The position numbers and the translations under genes were made by a program. This document shows positions 21,849 to 33,789 of a stretch of 64,000 bases of DNA, piece by piece (within the stretch, counting starts at the first letter, position 1; each line of letters opens with the position of its first letter). The notes below the pieces were generated by a model that made no database searches, was not told the origin of the DNA, and saw only the letters and a program-made list of their open reading frames with translations. The stretch lies in the NCBI GenBank assembly GCA_024346625.1, contig AP024667.1:1426001-1490000 (forward strand). The letters are read 5' to 3'. The stretch comes from Williopsis jadinii. Its lineage: Eukaryota.

Positions 21849-22862
21849 CTACTCCTGCTCAGAGAGGAACTTCTCGGCATCCAAAGCAGCCATACAACCG
21901 GTACCAGCAGATGTGATGGCCTGTCTATAACGCTCATCTTGGACATCACCAGCTGCGAAGAAGCCCTCCACAGATGTGTGTGTAGTACCAGGAACGGTCT
22001 TGATGTAGCCGTTGGCATCGGTCTCAACTTGTCCTTGGACAATTGACGTTGCTGGAGTGTGGCCAATGGCGTAGAACAAACCGTTCACAGGCAAATCGCT
22101 CTCCTCCTCAGTCTTCACGTTCTTGATGCGGAGAGCATTGAGCAGCTTACCGTCACCCTTGGCCTCAACGGACACGGTGTTGTAGAGGATCTCGAGCTTG
22201 TCGTTCTTCTCAACACGTCTCTGCATGATGGTTGAGGCTCTGAGGTAGTCCTTTCTAACAACAAGGTACACCTTGGAACCGTACTTGGTCAAGAACAACG
22301 CCTCTTCACAGGCAGAGTCACCACCACCAATCACGGCAAGTGGCTTGTTTCTAAAGATTGGAACAGCACCGTCGCAAACAGCACAGGCAGAGATACCCTG
22401 TTGCCAATACGTCTCCTCGCCTGGCAAGTTCAGTCTCTTTGCGGAGGCACCGGTGGCGAGGATGATGGCATCGGTTGTGATTGGCTCAGCGTCTTCGTTC
22501 CACTCGGTCCAGAACTTGAAAGGTCTCGAGCTCAGGTCAACTTTGGCCACGGTTTCAGTGATCACCTCAGTTCCAAACTTCTCAGCCTGCTTCTTCATTC
22601 TCTCAACCAGCTCGGTACCGGTCAGCCCCTCTGGGAAACCTGGGAAGTTCTCGATCTCCGTGGTGGTGGTCAATTGACCACCGGCTGCGATACCGTTGGC
22701 TAACAGTCCCTCGTAGACGGTTGGCTTGATCTCAGCACGGGCGAGATAGAGCGCAGCAGTCAGGGCAGCTGGGCCACCTCCAATGATTGTAACTTTCTGA
22801 TGGGTCATTTGGCTATAATTGGTCGAAGTTGTTGATAAAAGTCTTCTTAGGCTCTTTAGCAT
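21849..22862 (-). CDS. TRR1: Thioredoxin reductase (in-frame ATGs at 22862 and 22808)
   Basis: GGGPAA FAD motif, CAVC redox centre, GGGDSA NADPH motif. Confidence 0.95.
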   Translation of the reverse strand: MLKSLRRLLSTTSTNYSQMTHQKVTIIGGGPAALTAALYLARAEIKPTVYEGLLANGIAAGGQLTTTTEIENFPGFPEGLTGTELVERMKKQAEKFGTEVITETVAKVDLSSRPFKFWTEWNEDAEPITTDAIILATGASAKRLNLPGEETYWQQGISACAVCDGAVPIFRNKPLAVIGGGDSACEEALFLTKYGSKVYLVVRKDYLRASTIMQRRVEKNDKLEILYNTVSVEAKGDGKLLNALRIKNVKTEEESDLPVNGLFYAIGHTPATSIVQGQVETDANGYIKTVPGTTHTSVEGFFAAGDVQDERYRQAITSAGTGCMAALDAEKFLSEQE

Positions 22863-23388
22863 ACAAACGATCCAAGGGGAGTAAAATTTGTGGGTGTTCA
22901 ACAATTTGAGACAAGTCTGGAAATCGTTTATTCTTTTATACCTTTTTTGTCCGCCCTTGGATTTGTATCAGACCTTTTTTTTGGAGGGCCTGTGGGATGT
23001 TTGCCGCGGAAAGACAAGACATGTCCACACTTTTCGTGTGTCGGGGTGGTTTTTTCTTAATAAGCTTTTGGCGGGCGAGACTTCTTTTCCCGTGTGTGTT
23101 CCCACCGCCTAAATCTAATCTTTGACTTGCCTGTTCATCTTTGGAGATGCATGGAAGGGACTAGACGTTACAGTTTAATGTCAGCCAAAAAAGAAATGCG
23201 TACATTTAATGACGGACATTGGACGCTTGGTGAAGCGGATTAGTCAAAGGGGAATCTTATACCTCTCAAGTCCCTGGACATCGGGCTACACGCAATGCCG
23301 GGTGGCCATAAAGCGAAGACTTAAACACTAATAATAATCATAAAAAGGCGGTAACGAGTGATCGATGATCAGGCCGCAGAGACTAGAC

Positions 23389-24870
23389 CTACTGGAACAG
23401 TGACAAAGCTGTTGCGTAGCCGTGTTCCCACTCCCACACAAACTCTTGACTCGAGCTCTTGAACTTGAGCACATGTTCTCTCTTACGGCTGTTGATCCAC
23501 CTCTTGCTTCCAACAGACGACGAGGCGAGCTGTGCAAAGGCCAGAGAATCATTACACCCGATGATGAACCCTTCCTTATACCTCCAGTGCTCATATTTGG
23601 CATTGCCATTTTGAGAGTCCCAGTAGCTGCAGTGTTCCGAGAACTTCTGTTCCAATGTTGCGTACAAGTCACCATCGCTTAGCGCCTTACACTGGCCATT
23701 GGTTAGACACTCACGCTCACACATTGGCACAAACCCCCATTCTCCCCCATCGCCGAATTTGAACTTGTACGTCCAGAAGAACGCGCCCATGGTCAACTTC
23801 TTAAACAGCTGTGACTCTGTCTGGCCGTACTGTTTGACCAGCTCATCCTGGGACGCGCCCTGGGATTTATCCCACGACTGCGTGTCCAGCACGCACGAGT
23901 ACTCGCCGACTATGATGTCGTTGTCCTTGTCTCCCCAGTGGTTCAGCTCCTGAGATAAGTCTCCAATGATCTTGTCCACGGCCTTGTCACGGTCCCTCTG
24001 ATCAAAGCACCTATAAACGTGTGTGTCTATAACGATGCCTGATGTTGTGCTGTCATCCACTGAGTGCTTATCAAGCCACTCGTTCCAAAGGTTCAGATCC
24101 CAGGAGTCTGAGATGATTATCGGCATTGTTGGGTCTAAGGCTCTAATTGCATTGATTGCCTTGCCAACGAACTCCTTCTGGGCATCCAGGTCACAGTAGT
24201 CATTCTCATTGGAAAGCTGTAGGCCAAAGATGTTGGTCAAGCCGTTAGCCAGGAACTCCTTGGTGACAAATTCGTATAATTCAATCACCAGCGACTGATA
24301 CTTCTTGGACTTCCAGAACCCAGCGTCCGATAACTTCATGCCACTGTGCTCATTCTTATTGGCACCCCCTGGTAGCCCGTGCAGGTCGAACAAGATGGCA
24401 ATGTCGTTAGCATCAGCAGTCTTGCACAGCTGCTTGAAGCTTTCCCACGCAGCATCCCCATAAACTTGAGAAACACTTTCAAATGGCGTACCCCTTGTGA
24501 AGCCAGGGCCAACGTGCCAGTACCCCATTGGCACTCGCAAACAAGTTGTACCTTGATCCCTCAGCCACTCCCAATCGATCGAAGCGATGTAGTCTCTCCA
24601 ATGGCGCTGCAGGTCCTGTCTCGTCTTCTCAACGCCGTTCACACTGATGTACTTCGTCACACCATCAAGCTCGGTCTCAAACCCTTCTCTGATAAACGTG
24701 TCGTCAATGTACTTCTCCTGGACATACAGACCACCCAGGTTCACACCAAACTGCTTCCGGTTCCGTAGGATCTGTATCTTTGACGGTGGCTTGCTTTCCC
24801 CAGGGGTGATGTCCTGGCACAAGGGCAGCTCTGCGTGTGAGTGTAGCTTCGTCTTTATCTTAGAGAACAT
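23389..24870 (-). CDS. Cytoplasmic GH5 glucan 1,3-beta-glucosidase-like protein (YBR056W-like)
   Basis: GVNLGG, LRVPMGYW, DLHGLPGGAN, NE acid/base and VGEYS nucleophile motifs; no signal peptide. Confidence 0.88.
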   Translation of the reverse strand: MFSKIKTKLHSHAELPLCQDITPGESKPPSKIQILRNRKQFGVNLGGLYVQEKYIDDTFIREGFETELDGVTKYISVNGVEKTRQDLQRHWRDYIASIDWEWLRDQGTTCLRVPMGYWHVGPGFTRGTPFESVSQVYGDAAWESFKQLCKTADANDIAILFDLHGLPGGANKNEHSGMKLSDAGFWKSKKYQSLVIELYEFVTKEFLANGLTNIFGLQLSNENDYCDLDAQKEFVGKAINAIRALDPTMPIIISDSWDLNLWNEWLDKHSVDDSTTSGIVIDTHVYRCFDQRDRDKAVDKIIGDLSQELNHWGDKDNDIIVGEYSCVLDTQSWDKSQGASQDELVKQYGQTESQLFKKLTMGAFFWTYKFKFGDGGEWGFVPMCERECLTNGQCKALSDGDLYATLEQKFSEHCSYWDSQNGNAKYEHWRYKEGFIIGCNDSLAFAQLASSSVGSKRWINSRKREHVLKFKSSSQEFVWEWEHGYATALSLFQ

Positions 24871-25178
24871 CGCGTGTGTATCTCCATAGAAGGCGGAACC
24901 AGGTATTAAACAAGGCCGTTAGAAGCAATCTTGATTCTTTGGCTGATGTCTTGTACCACACACCCACACAGGCATCTGCGGCTGTGATACCCGGAGTTAG
25001 CCGGGTTTAACGTGTCGGGGTTGATTTGTCCTTTTGGTCCATGCGCGTACTTAAAGTCGAGACAAAGGGGAAAATGTCCCGATCGAAAGTTCTGTGGGTA
25101 TTAAACGACACTTTCAAACCCTTTACAAACCCTTTGCAATACTCGTTGGAAGCTTTAGTTTCACTCTGTTTGGAGCCA

Positions 25179-27901
25179 ATGACACACCCAGCCAAACGTC
25201 AGAGACAGCGAATCTCGTTGGTGTGTGCTTATTGCAAGAGAAGAAAGATCAAAGTGAGTATGCCAGACACATAGGCTATATGTCCTCCGTTGGCTGAGGA
25301 GAAGCACTAACAGCTGAGCCTATACAGTGCGATAGGGAAAGGCCGTCGTGTGCAACGTGTAAGAGACTAGGGATTGGGTGCCATTACAATGACACCTCAC
25401 ACTGGGTCCATAGCAAGCCCGTGGTGGATGGCGAGTGTGTGGATACTGGCCGTGAAGCTGCGGACTTTGGCGAACAGCAGCAGCATCAACAGACACAGCA
25501 ACAGCAGCAGGTACCACAGCAAGCATCACAACAGCAACAGGAACTGCCATACTCTACTAAGACCCCCACAGAAACAGTGCAGAACCAGTCTCTTGTGGAG
25601 TCCCTAAGGGAAGAAGTGGAACAGTTAAAGTCCATGTTGACGAACAAGAAAGCGGCAGATGATGATGAGGATATACGGATCAACTACTTCTCACAGTACA
25701 ACTCCCTGTCGTTGAAGAGGTCCTCCCATGAAGACCACAAACCTCTCTGTCCGGTCACACTGCACAAGCGAGACCACTACGTTGCCTTCTTCGTGTGCTA
25801 TCTATTCCTGGCGTTCAAGATCTCGTCCGATAAGAGAGAATACCCTCACATGTCGAAATGGATCAAGCTGCTGGACCTGGAACATGACGACAAGCAACTC
25901 AAGGAATTCGTCAACGATATAGTCCGTGATAGGCCCATGGTGAAGACACTGCACGTGATGGGCACGTCCTTGGATAAGGAGTCCTTGGTGGAGGAGATCG
26001 TGAGCATATTGCCTGATTTCAACGTGACACACTGCTATCTGAAGGTGTTTCTGCAGAACTTATGGATCTATAGGCCATTTCTTGACAGAGATACGTTCCT
26101 GCTGACCATTAACAGAATCATCGTCAAGGATGAAAGATCTCCAAAGAGACTCAGGCTCGTCCTGACGGAACGAGACGATATTGCCGTGATGTCGATGTTC
26201 ATCATCCTGCTGAGGTATACCTATGTCTTTGTGAAGGTTATGGATGCAGACAAGATCACAGATGAAGACTACCTGACCATTCTACAACACCCGACCGGTG
26301 CGATGGTGCTGGCAACTGCGTATAGATGTCTATCTGAATATAACATCTTTAGAAAAAGCACATTGACAACATTACAGGCCCTGGTGTATCTCAAGTGTTA
26401 CTATAGGGATTCGCCAGAGGACTGTGATGGGATGGGCTTGTTCAAGTCGCAGAATCTGTTTGGAGTGATACTACAATCAGCGTTACAGATGGGGCTGAAC
26501 AGAGATCCTTCCTTCTTCAACCAAATCAGAGATAACGTTGCTGAGTGTAATCTGAGAAGATGTATATGGCACCATCTGACAGCCATTGATGCGTATACCT
26601 GTGTTGTGTCTGGCTCACTGCCAATAGTCCCAGACCAATCGTTTGTCGATGTCCAGTTCCCACTGATGGACTCGATTGACCAGCTGGCTCACTTCCAAAG
26701 AGATATGATCATCAGAGCTACAACGATACATAGATTGTACCTCAAGATCTCCAAGTGTGTGAACAATGTCAAGGAATTCACCAGTTTGAACGAGCTGACG
26801 AGGCTACTCCAGGAGTCCAGAGAATATGCCGATTCTGCCCTGAGCATTGAGTCCATGGTGGTGCTAACCTCGTCTAATGAGAAATACGGCAAGAGACTGA
26901 ACGGCTATTGTCTGACTATACAACTGATACAGGCGATGGTGGAGGCACAGGTATCGTTCCTCACTGGGCTGCACTTTGAGTCCAATAGGTATGTCGATAT
27001 ACCAAGGTATTTGAAATACTGTACTTTGACAATTGGATCCATCTGTAAAGTGGTGGACTTGTCATGTGCCTATCTCACGGGCGAATTCGACGACAGAGTA
27101 CCACAGGAGTGCAATTTTGAAACAATGCCAGTGATTATAAGTGGGTTTGAAAGAGCACTGATTACCTGTATTGCCATGCTTTTACGGTTCTACCAACTCA
27201 GAGAGGTTCTTACGTCAAAGAATGGGACAAATGGGTTAACAGTTGACTATGTCGATTGCCAGATTAACAGGGTGATCGTGGTGTTTGACCTGATCCTTGA
27301 CTTGGTGAAGAACAAGCTGGCAACCAAGTACTACTCCGCACTGAAGTTCCTGTCCTTCTTCAAATACGCAGGAATCATCTTGAGAACCCATAAGTTCAAT
27401 GCCATGCTCAAGATTGTCCGATTCCTGGAGTCTAACGAGAAAGATGGGTTGGATGGCGATGTCAAGATCTCACAGTCCAAGAGAGAGGACATCAGAAAGG
27501 GGTTCCAGAGGGTTCATTCACTGATCAATCAGAATACAGAATGGATGCAAGTGTCGAGTTTCGGCAAACGATCAAGCAGCACAAAGGAAAAGGACACTGT
27601 TCACATTGTCAATTTTAACAATTCTAACCTCATGCTGGATATGAACAAGGATCAATTCCGGTATATATGTGATGCGTTTATACAGTTCAAGTACTCCTCC
27701 TATCTAAAGGAGAAAGTGGCCAACGGCGAGGTCGATAGCATGGCTCATATGACAGCTCCGGTTGTACCAACAGAGGATGAAGTTGAGAGACTGGTTGTCA
27801 GTAACGATTCTGGTGACCTGATTGATCCCTTTAACCAATTGGAGCTATTTCTCATGGATGATGACCTCTTTGACCAAATGATGGGCGAATACCAGAGTTG
27901 A
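25179..27901 (+). CDS. Zn(II)2Cys6 transcription factor with fungal TF middle domain; exons 25179-25253 and 25328-27901
   Basis: Splicing (GTGAGT...CACTAAC...CAG) completes CAYCKRRKIKCDRERPSCATCKRLGIGC; MGLNRDP...RRCIW motif. Confidence 0.9.
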
Positions 27902-27923
27902 CAGCGGAGTGTACGGCGTACAA

Positions 27924-30005
27924 TCATTGAAATATACGTAGCACACTGTCCAGCTTGGTCAACATCTCTTCCCACTCTCCGTCAGGGTCGCTCAGGACGG
28001 TGATTGCTCCTCCAGCGCCGATTTTCCAGAGATTTGTATCACGAGTATTCTTCAAGTCATCTTTATAATGGAACATTGAACGGATAATGACGCTCCAGTC
28101 AGCATTGTTTTCTATAGACCAGTAACCACACACGCCAGAGTAGAGTCCTCTTCGAAGAACCTCCAGTTCTTGGAGTATCTCCACAGATCTTTTCTTTGGT
28201 GCACCAGTCATGGAGCCAGGTGGTAGGGATTGCGATAAGATATCGATACCCGAGTAAGCACTACCTTTGAAGTGGCCTTGGATGACAGAAACCAATTGGT
28301 AAACCGTTGAGTATTCCTCCACCGACATGAGCTTTGTCACCGAGACTTTCTTCAGCAATTGATACAAGTCATGTCTGATCAGATCCACAATCATTAGATT
28401 CTCTCCTAATTCCTTTGGTGTGTTTAATATCGACTTGGCTCGCTCGTACGTCATGTCGACAGTCTTCTTAACCGTGCCCTTGATTGGCCTCAACTCACAG
28501 GTTTCGTTGTCCCATGAGAGAAATCTCTCTGGCGAAGAGCTCAAGAGAACACAGTCGTCAAAGTTGAAATAGGCAGAGTAAGGTGATGGGTTCTTCACGG
28601 TCAGTACTTTATAGATTTCCCACGGGTGTATATTAGCTGGTATGCCAATCTCCGTTGGCACAGTGAGGCAAAGCTCATACGAATCACCTGAGCGAAGTAG
28701 CTGCTGGCACTTGTTGAAATTAGACAGATAGTTGGCCTTATCAGGTTTGTTGATGTACTCTGCGTGTATCTCGTCGAGATGTGTGACTTGAGTTGGAAAG
28801 TTGAGTAGCTCTTCGATCTCTTGGATGTGCTCTGCAGAGTTCAGAGACGTTATAAAGGTCTCACCTGTGGAGTTGTTCATCAGGATGCACTCTTCAATGA
28901 ATACCAGCTTTGTATCTGGGACATTGGAGCTTGAAGTGACCCGTGGAAGCTGTTCCAGCTGGACAAAGTGGCCCTCTTCGTATGAAAACAGGCCTAAGAA
29001 TCCACCTATAAAGGGAAACTGTGAGGTCTTTGGCACAATATGGGAGGACATGGTGTCTGATAAGAACGACCATATTGAGGATATGTCCTCTTCCCACGAT
29101 TCTCCGTGTTGCTGTAGTGAGACTTTGTCATTTGATTCCGTTGAGTGTGTAATTCTCAATGACGCTTTAGAAGGTAGTCCAATTATAGACCAATTCCCAG
29201 GCGAAGAGGCCGAGTTTAATAACATGAACTCTTTACCACGCTGGAAGAGTAAGTCACAGATTGTGACAGGGGATGATGAAGTCGGAATCAACTTTTGGTG
29301 GAGTTTCAACGGTTTGTCCAGCTTTGGAGTCAGTAGAGGCTCAATGTTGATCTTACGCAGGAGCATTTCAACAGAACCTGGGTCTTCATAGACAGTTCTG
29401 GATCTCGATTCGTTATACTTTCCAGCCAATGAGAGGAAATTAGAGACCAAGGTGGAGCCAAAGGTGGAACAAATCGACTCTGGGTGGTATTGCACTCCGT
29501 ACCAGGGTTTAGTCTTATGCTTTACAGCCATAATCACTTCAGTCCCGTCAGGTTCCGTTGTATAGGCTAACTTCTCCAGAGAGTCAGCCAATGGATCAGC
29601 AACGTGTAACGAATGGTACCTCACAGATTCAAAGGATTCATCAATACCATCCAATAATGGATCACCATTATGGGTTACTTTATACACCTGGCCATGCTTA
29701 ACATCGCCCAGTTCTTCAATTGCACAGCCTTGTGACAGGCACAGCGACTGAAACCCCAGGCAGATACCCAGCAGTGGGATATCTTGCGTGAAGAGCCACG
29801 GAATAACGCCCACATCTCCATCAACTGATGGGTTTCCTGGGCCTGGGCCTATAATGACACCTTTGAATAGGCCTAGGTAGCTTTGAAGTTCATGTTGAGG
29901 CACTTGGTCGTTGTGTATGACCAACACGGTCTCCCCGGTTGCCTCCTCCACCAAAGAGCGTAAGTTATACGTGAAGGAGTCATAGGAATCGATGAGCAAC
30001 AGCAT
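27924..30005 (-). CDS. ABZ1: Aminodeoxychorismate (PABA) synthase
   Basis: GATase domain (IDSYDSFT, GICLG, QYHPES) fused to chorismate-binding domain (SSPERF, PIKGT, PPGSMTGAPK). Confidence 0.95.
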   Translation of the reverse strand: MLLLIDSYDSFTYNLRSLVEEATGETVLVIHNDQVPQHELQSYLGLFKGVIIGPGPGNPSVDGDVGVIPWLFTQDIPLLGICLGFQSLCLSQGCAIEELGDVKHGQVYKVTHNGDPLLDGIDESFESVRYHSLHVADPLADSLEKLAYTTEPDGTEVIMAVKHKTKPWYGVQYHPESICSTFGSTLVSNFLSLAGKYNESRSRTVYEDPGSVEMLLRKINIEPLLTPKLDKPLKLHQKLIPTSSSPVTICDLLFQRGKEFMLLNSASSPGNWSIIGLPSKASLRITHSTESNDKVSLQQHGESWEEDISSIWSFLSDTMSSHIVPKTSQFPFIGGFLGLFSYEEGHFVQLEQLPRVTSSSNVPDTKLVFIEECILMNNSTGETFITSLNSAEHIQEIEELLNFPTQVTHLDEIHAEYINKPDKANYLSNFNKCQQLLRSGDSYELCLTVPTEIGIPANIHPWEIYKVLTVKNPSPYSAYFNFDDCVLLSSSPERFLSWDNETCELRPIKGTVKKTVDMTYERAKSILNTPKELGENLMIVDLIRHDLYQLLKKVSVTKLMSVEEYSTVYQLVSVIQGHFKGSAYSGIDILSQSLPPGSMTGAPKKRSVEILQELEVLRRGLYSGVCGYWSIENNADWSVIIRSMFHYKDDLKNTRDTNLWKIGAGGAITVLSDPDGEWEEMLTKLDSVLRIFQ

Positions 30006-30280
30006 TTGTTATATCCGTCTCTCCACTCTAATGATCGTTTTAATACTCTAACAAGTAATTTGGTAGGCTAAAAACTTCAAGGCGATGAGCATCTTCGTTC
30101 TTGAGGCGGCCAAATGTCCCAAAAAAAATACTTTAAAGTTTCACGCGCCACTCTTGGTCCAAGCGGACAAGGACAAAATAAACAACATCTACGACTAAGA
30201 CGTTTGAGACATTTAGCTTGTTCTGACTAAACGTCAAAAAGAAAGAAGAAAGGGAGATCTCGACCATTGTTCATGAGACC

Positions 30281-30566
30281 ATGATTGAAGTTGTTGTGAA
30301 CGACCGGTAAGTTAGCCACCCTCTCCTGCTAAACAAATGATCGTAGTCCGACTGACTAACAACCGTGAAGTGTTGGTAAGAAGGTCCGTGTAAAGGCCCT
30401 TGAAGAGGACCTTGTGGGTGATTTCAAAAAGTTGCTAGCTGTGCAAATCGGCACAGCAGCCGGGAAGATTGCACTAAAGAAGGGGAATACCACGTTGAAG
30501 GACCATATAACTCTGGGGGATTACGAAGTACACAACGGGACAAACCTAGAGTTGTACTATAGTTAG
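30281..30566 (+). CDS. HUB1: Ubiquitin-like splicing modifier Hub1 (73 aa); exons 30281-30306 and 30371-30566; absent from the ORF track
   Basis: Spliced product [17 protein letters not shown]...[29 protein letters not shown] donor, GACTAAC branch, AAG acceptor. Confidence 0.95.
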
Positions 30567-30595
30567 TGGTCTACTCATATAATAACAATGATAAT

Positions 30596-31641
30596 TCACA
30601 GGAAGTATTCAATATGCTGGGCGTTTGCCGTGTCACCACCAACAACTTCACCAAATATATCCTCCTTCGGCCATTGGTCTTTGTTCTCTGGTGCCTCGTC
30701 GAAAACGTTGAAGTAGTGTTGATCCTTGTTGTAGATCTCCATAACTGATGCCTTATTGCCGCATCTATAGCAATAGTTGGGTGCAGACCAAACCGTGGTT
30801 ACTAAGCCGTTGAAATATACCTGGTAACCTTCATTACACAGCTGATGGGCCCTTAGAATCTTATCCATTGAATTCATCGAGAGGAATTTCTTCACAACAT
30901 CAACTCCAAACGTGTAACCTGCACCTCTTGGTGATAGTGAAAACCCGCTACTCTCTGTGTCTGGATCTGACCACACAAGATCTGCCATTGCGCCCTCGTG
31001 CGGGATCTCTTTGAACCGGTCTATAAGCCTCAGTTGATCCAAAGTGTGCACGTTCGGGGACAGTCCACCGTGTATGGCAAATATACAGTTGTCGATCATT
31101 GCGCTCAAGGTTAAGAAGTCAAAAATGTCCGTGAAGAGATGCCACACCGTTGCGTTGCCATATTTCCTCATACACTCGGTGTAGAACCCATAGTTTTGCG
31201 TGATCTGTCTAGATTCGTGGTTTCCTCGTACCAGCGTCACCCTGTTGGGATGTCTGATCTTCAAGCATATCAACAACGTTATAGTCTCAACGCTGAACAT
31301 GCCTCTGTCGACGTAGTCTCCGAGGAAGAGGTAGTTTGTGTCTGGGCAGTACCCACCAATCTTGAATATCTCAATCAAGTCGTAGAATTGGCCGTGGATA
31401 TCACCAACAACCGTGATTGGGGATTGCAACTGCATGATGTTAGGCTCATCTATCAGGATTTCCTTCAGCTTGAAGCACAACGCCTTCAGCGTGATCTCCG
31501 GTAACAGCTGTCTCTTGTAGAGAAGCTCGATGCATTCATCAAGATCAGTGATTGCTGGGGGCGTTTCATGGTTAGTAAACAAGGGCTGACGGGCGAAGCA
31601 GACGGTGATCTGAAAAAGTTGAGCATACCACCAAGGTCCAT
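30596..31641 (-). CDS. PPG1: PP2A-like phosphatase Ppg1; exons 31641-31629 and 31554-30596
   Basis: GDIHGQ, GDYVDRG, RGNHE motifs, EYFL end; GTATGC donor, TACTAAC branch and CAG acceptor give MDLGAITDLDECIE. Confidence 0.9.
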
Positions 31642-31830
31642 CCTTCACACTGTGGGTATTCGAAGCGGGATACTTCCGTGTAGCTGTGAACAGTAGGCTT
31701 AAAGGTGTGTACTATGAGAGTGAAAGTGAAAGCAAAACAAAGCGAACACAAAGGGCGATAAATATCCCAATATGGTAATTTTCCCGATATGGAGTAGCTT
31801 ACAATGCGAGAGGCCAATATCTTCACGATG

Positions 31831-32127
31831 TTAGATACAACAAAGCCTACAATGTTCTGTTGTAGTTTCTATTGTTGTAGCGAGTGTATCTTGGCTTGTT
31901 GATTCAGGCTCTGTGGTATGTGCCCTGGATCTGAGCTTTATACTGAGCTTTCGCTCCGTTAGGGCAAATTTAGTCTTCCGATTAACACTAGTCTGAGTAC
32001 GTAACGTTGAGAAAGAATCTAACGTGAAATCCTGGTATTTCATTCTCTCTTTTATATCTTTCAACTTCTTCTCAATCTCTGTCCGAGTTCTATTGACTCT
32101 TCTATTGTGTTCTGTAGATCTAGTCAT
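31831..32127 (-). CDS. Small hypothetical basic protein (98 aa) with C-terminal Cys cluster
   Basis: ATG-started ORF in otherwise unoccupied space, TATATA just upstream, coiled-coil-like N-terminus; no family recognised. Confidence 0.4.
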   Translation of the reverse strand: MTRSTEHNRRVNRTRTEIEKKLKDIKERMKYQDFTLDSFSTLRTQTSVNRKTKFALTERKLSIKLRSRAHTTEPESTSQDTLATTIETTTEHCRLCCI

Positions 32128-32210
32128 TCTGTTCGGCCTATATATGAACTGTTCTTGATGACGTAATCTGATCTATCACCCGAATCTGAAACCTCACGAA
32201 ACAAGAAACA

Positions 32211-32282
32211 TCCGTGATAGTTTAGTGGCTAGAATTACCGCTTGTCGCGTGGTAGACCGGGGTTCAATTCCCCGTCGCGGAG
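32211..32282 (+). tRNA. tRNA-Asp(GUC)
   Basis: TCCGTGATAG...CTTGTCGC...GGTTCAATTCCCCGTCGCGGAG cloverleaf followed by a T-run Pol III terminator. Confidence 0.97.
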
Positions 32283-32312
32283 TTTTTTTGCTAAAATTTA
32301 AAAACACAAAAA

Positions 32313-32503
32313 CACGTGCGGATTATATAAACATCCAAACACCACGTGAACAACTCCCACAGATGAACCATCATTTGCATGTGATTTTGCAAAAAACAAA
32401 AAAAAAAAACCGTTTAAACTGTGGCGTCTTCATCATGTTCGTTTAGCGAAAATTTTCACATGTCGAGCAAAAAGAATTCGTCTTGGGATAGCGAAAATTT
32501 TCA
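32313..32503 (+). promoter_or_regulatory. SAM synthetase promoter: two Cbf1 E-boxes, a Met31/32 site and a duplicated RRPE
   Basis: CACGTG at 32313 and 32343; AAACTGTGGC at 32416-32425; TAGCGAAAATTTTCA at 32444 and 32489. Confidence 0.75.
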
Positions 32504-32631
32504 ACTTACATAAATAAAAATTTCCCACGTTTCTTTCTCCCCTTCTCTCACCCTTTTCGCTCTTCTTTCTTCACAATTCTTTCAAGAGTTTTTATCATCT
32601 CCTCGTTTCCTTCTCTTTAAAGTAAATTGCA

Positions 32632-33789
32632 ATGTCTGCTGCTGCTGAAACTTTCCTCTTCACCTCCGAGTCTGTCGGTGAAGGTCACCCAGATAAGATC
32701 TGTGACCAAGTTTCCGATGCCATTCTCGATGCTTGTTTGGCTGTTGATCCGCTCTCCAAGGTTGCCTGTGAGACCGCTTCCAAGACTGGTATGATCATGG
32801 TTTTCGGTGAGATCACCACCAAGGCTCAATTGGACTACCAAAAGATCATCAGAGACACCATCAAGCACATTGGTTACGACTCTTCTGATAAGGGCTTTGA
32901 CTACAAGACCTGTAACGTTCTTGTTGCCATTGAGCAACAATCCCCAGATATTGCTCAAGGTTTGCACTACGAGAAGGCTCTTGAGGAGCTCGGTGCCGGT
33001 GACCAAGGTATCATGTTTGGTTATGCCACCGATGAAACCGACGAGAAGTTGCCATTGACCATCTTGTTGGCTCACAAGTTGAACGCTGCACTTGCTGACG
33101 CTAGAAGATCAGGTGCTTTGCCATGGTTGAGACCTGACACCAAGACCCAAGTTACTGTTGAGTACAAGAAGGATGGTGGTGCCGTCATCCCACTCAGAGT
33201 TGACACCATTGTCATCTCCACTCAACACGCTGAGGAGATCTCCACTGAGGACTTGAGAAGTGAGATCATCAAGCACATTGTCCAAAAGGTTATTCCAGAG
33301 CACTTGCTCGATGACAAGACCATCTACCACATCCAACCATCTGGTAGATTCGTCATTGGTGGTCCACAAGGTGACGCTGGTTTGACCGGTAGAAAGATCA
33401 TCGTTGACACTTACGGTGGATGGGGTGCCCACGGTGGTGGTGCCTTCTCCGGTAAGGATTTCTCCAAGGTTGACAGATCCGCTGCTTACGCTGCCAGATG
33501 GATTGCTAAGTCCCTTGTCCACGCTAAGTTGGCTAGAAGAGCTCTTGTTCAATTGTCCTACGCCATTGGTGTTGCTGAGCCATTGTCCATTTACGTGGAC
33601 ACTTACGGTACCTCCAAGTACACCTCTGAACAACTTGTTGACATCATCAAGGGTAACTTTGATTTGAGACCAGGTGTCGTTGTCAAGGAGTTGGACTTGG
33701 CTAGACCAATCTACTTCAAGACTGCTTCCTACGGTCACTTCACTGACCAATCCAACCCATGGGAACAACCAAAGCCATTGAAGTTCTAA
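32632..33789 (+). CDS. SAM2: S-adenosylmethionine synthetase
   Basis: [19 protein letters not shown] and GGGAFSGKD signatures; strong codon bias. Confidence 0.97.
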   Translation: MSAAAETFLFTSESVGEGHPDKICDQVSDAILDACLAVDPLSKVACETASKTGMIMVFGEITTKAQLDYQKIIRDTIKHIGYDSSDKGFDYKTCNVLVAIEQQSPDIAQGLHYEKALEELGAGDQGIMFGYATDETDEKLPLTILLAHKLNAALADARRSGALPWLRPDTKTQVTVEYKKDGGAVIPLRVDTIVISTQHAEEISTEDLRSEIIKHIVQKVIPEHLLDDKTIYHIQPSGRFVIGGPQGDAGLTGRKIIVDTYGGWGAHGGGAFSGKDFSKVDRSAAYAARWIAKSLVHAKLARRALVQLSYAIGVAEPLSIYVDTYGTSKYTSEQLVDIIKGNFDLRPGVVVKELDLARPIYFKTASYGHFTDQSNPWEQPKPLKF

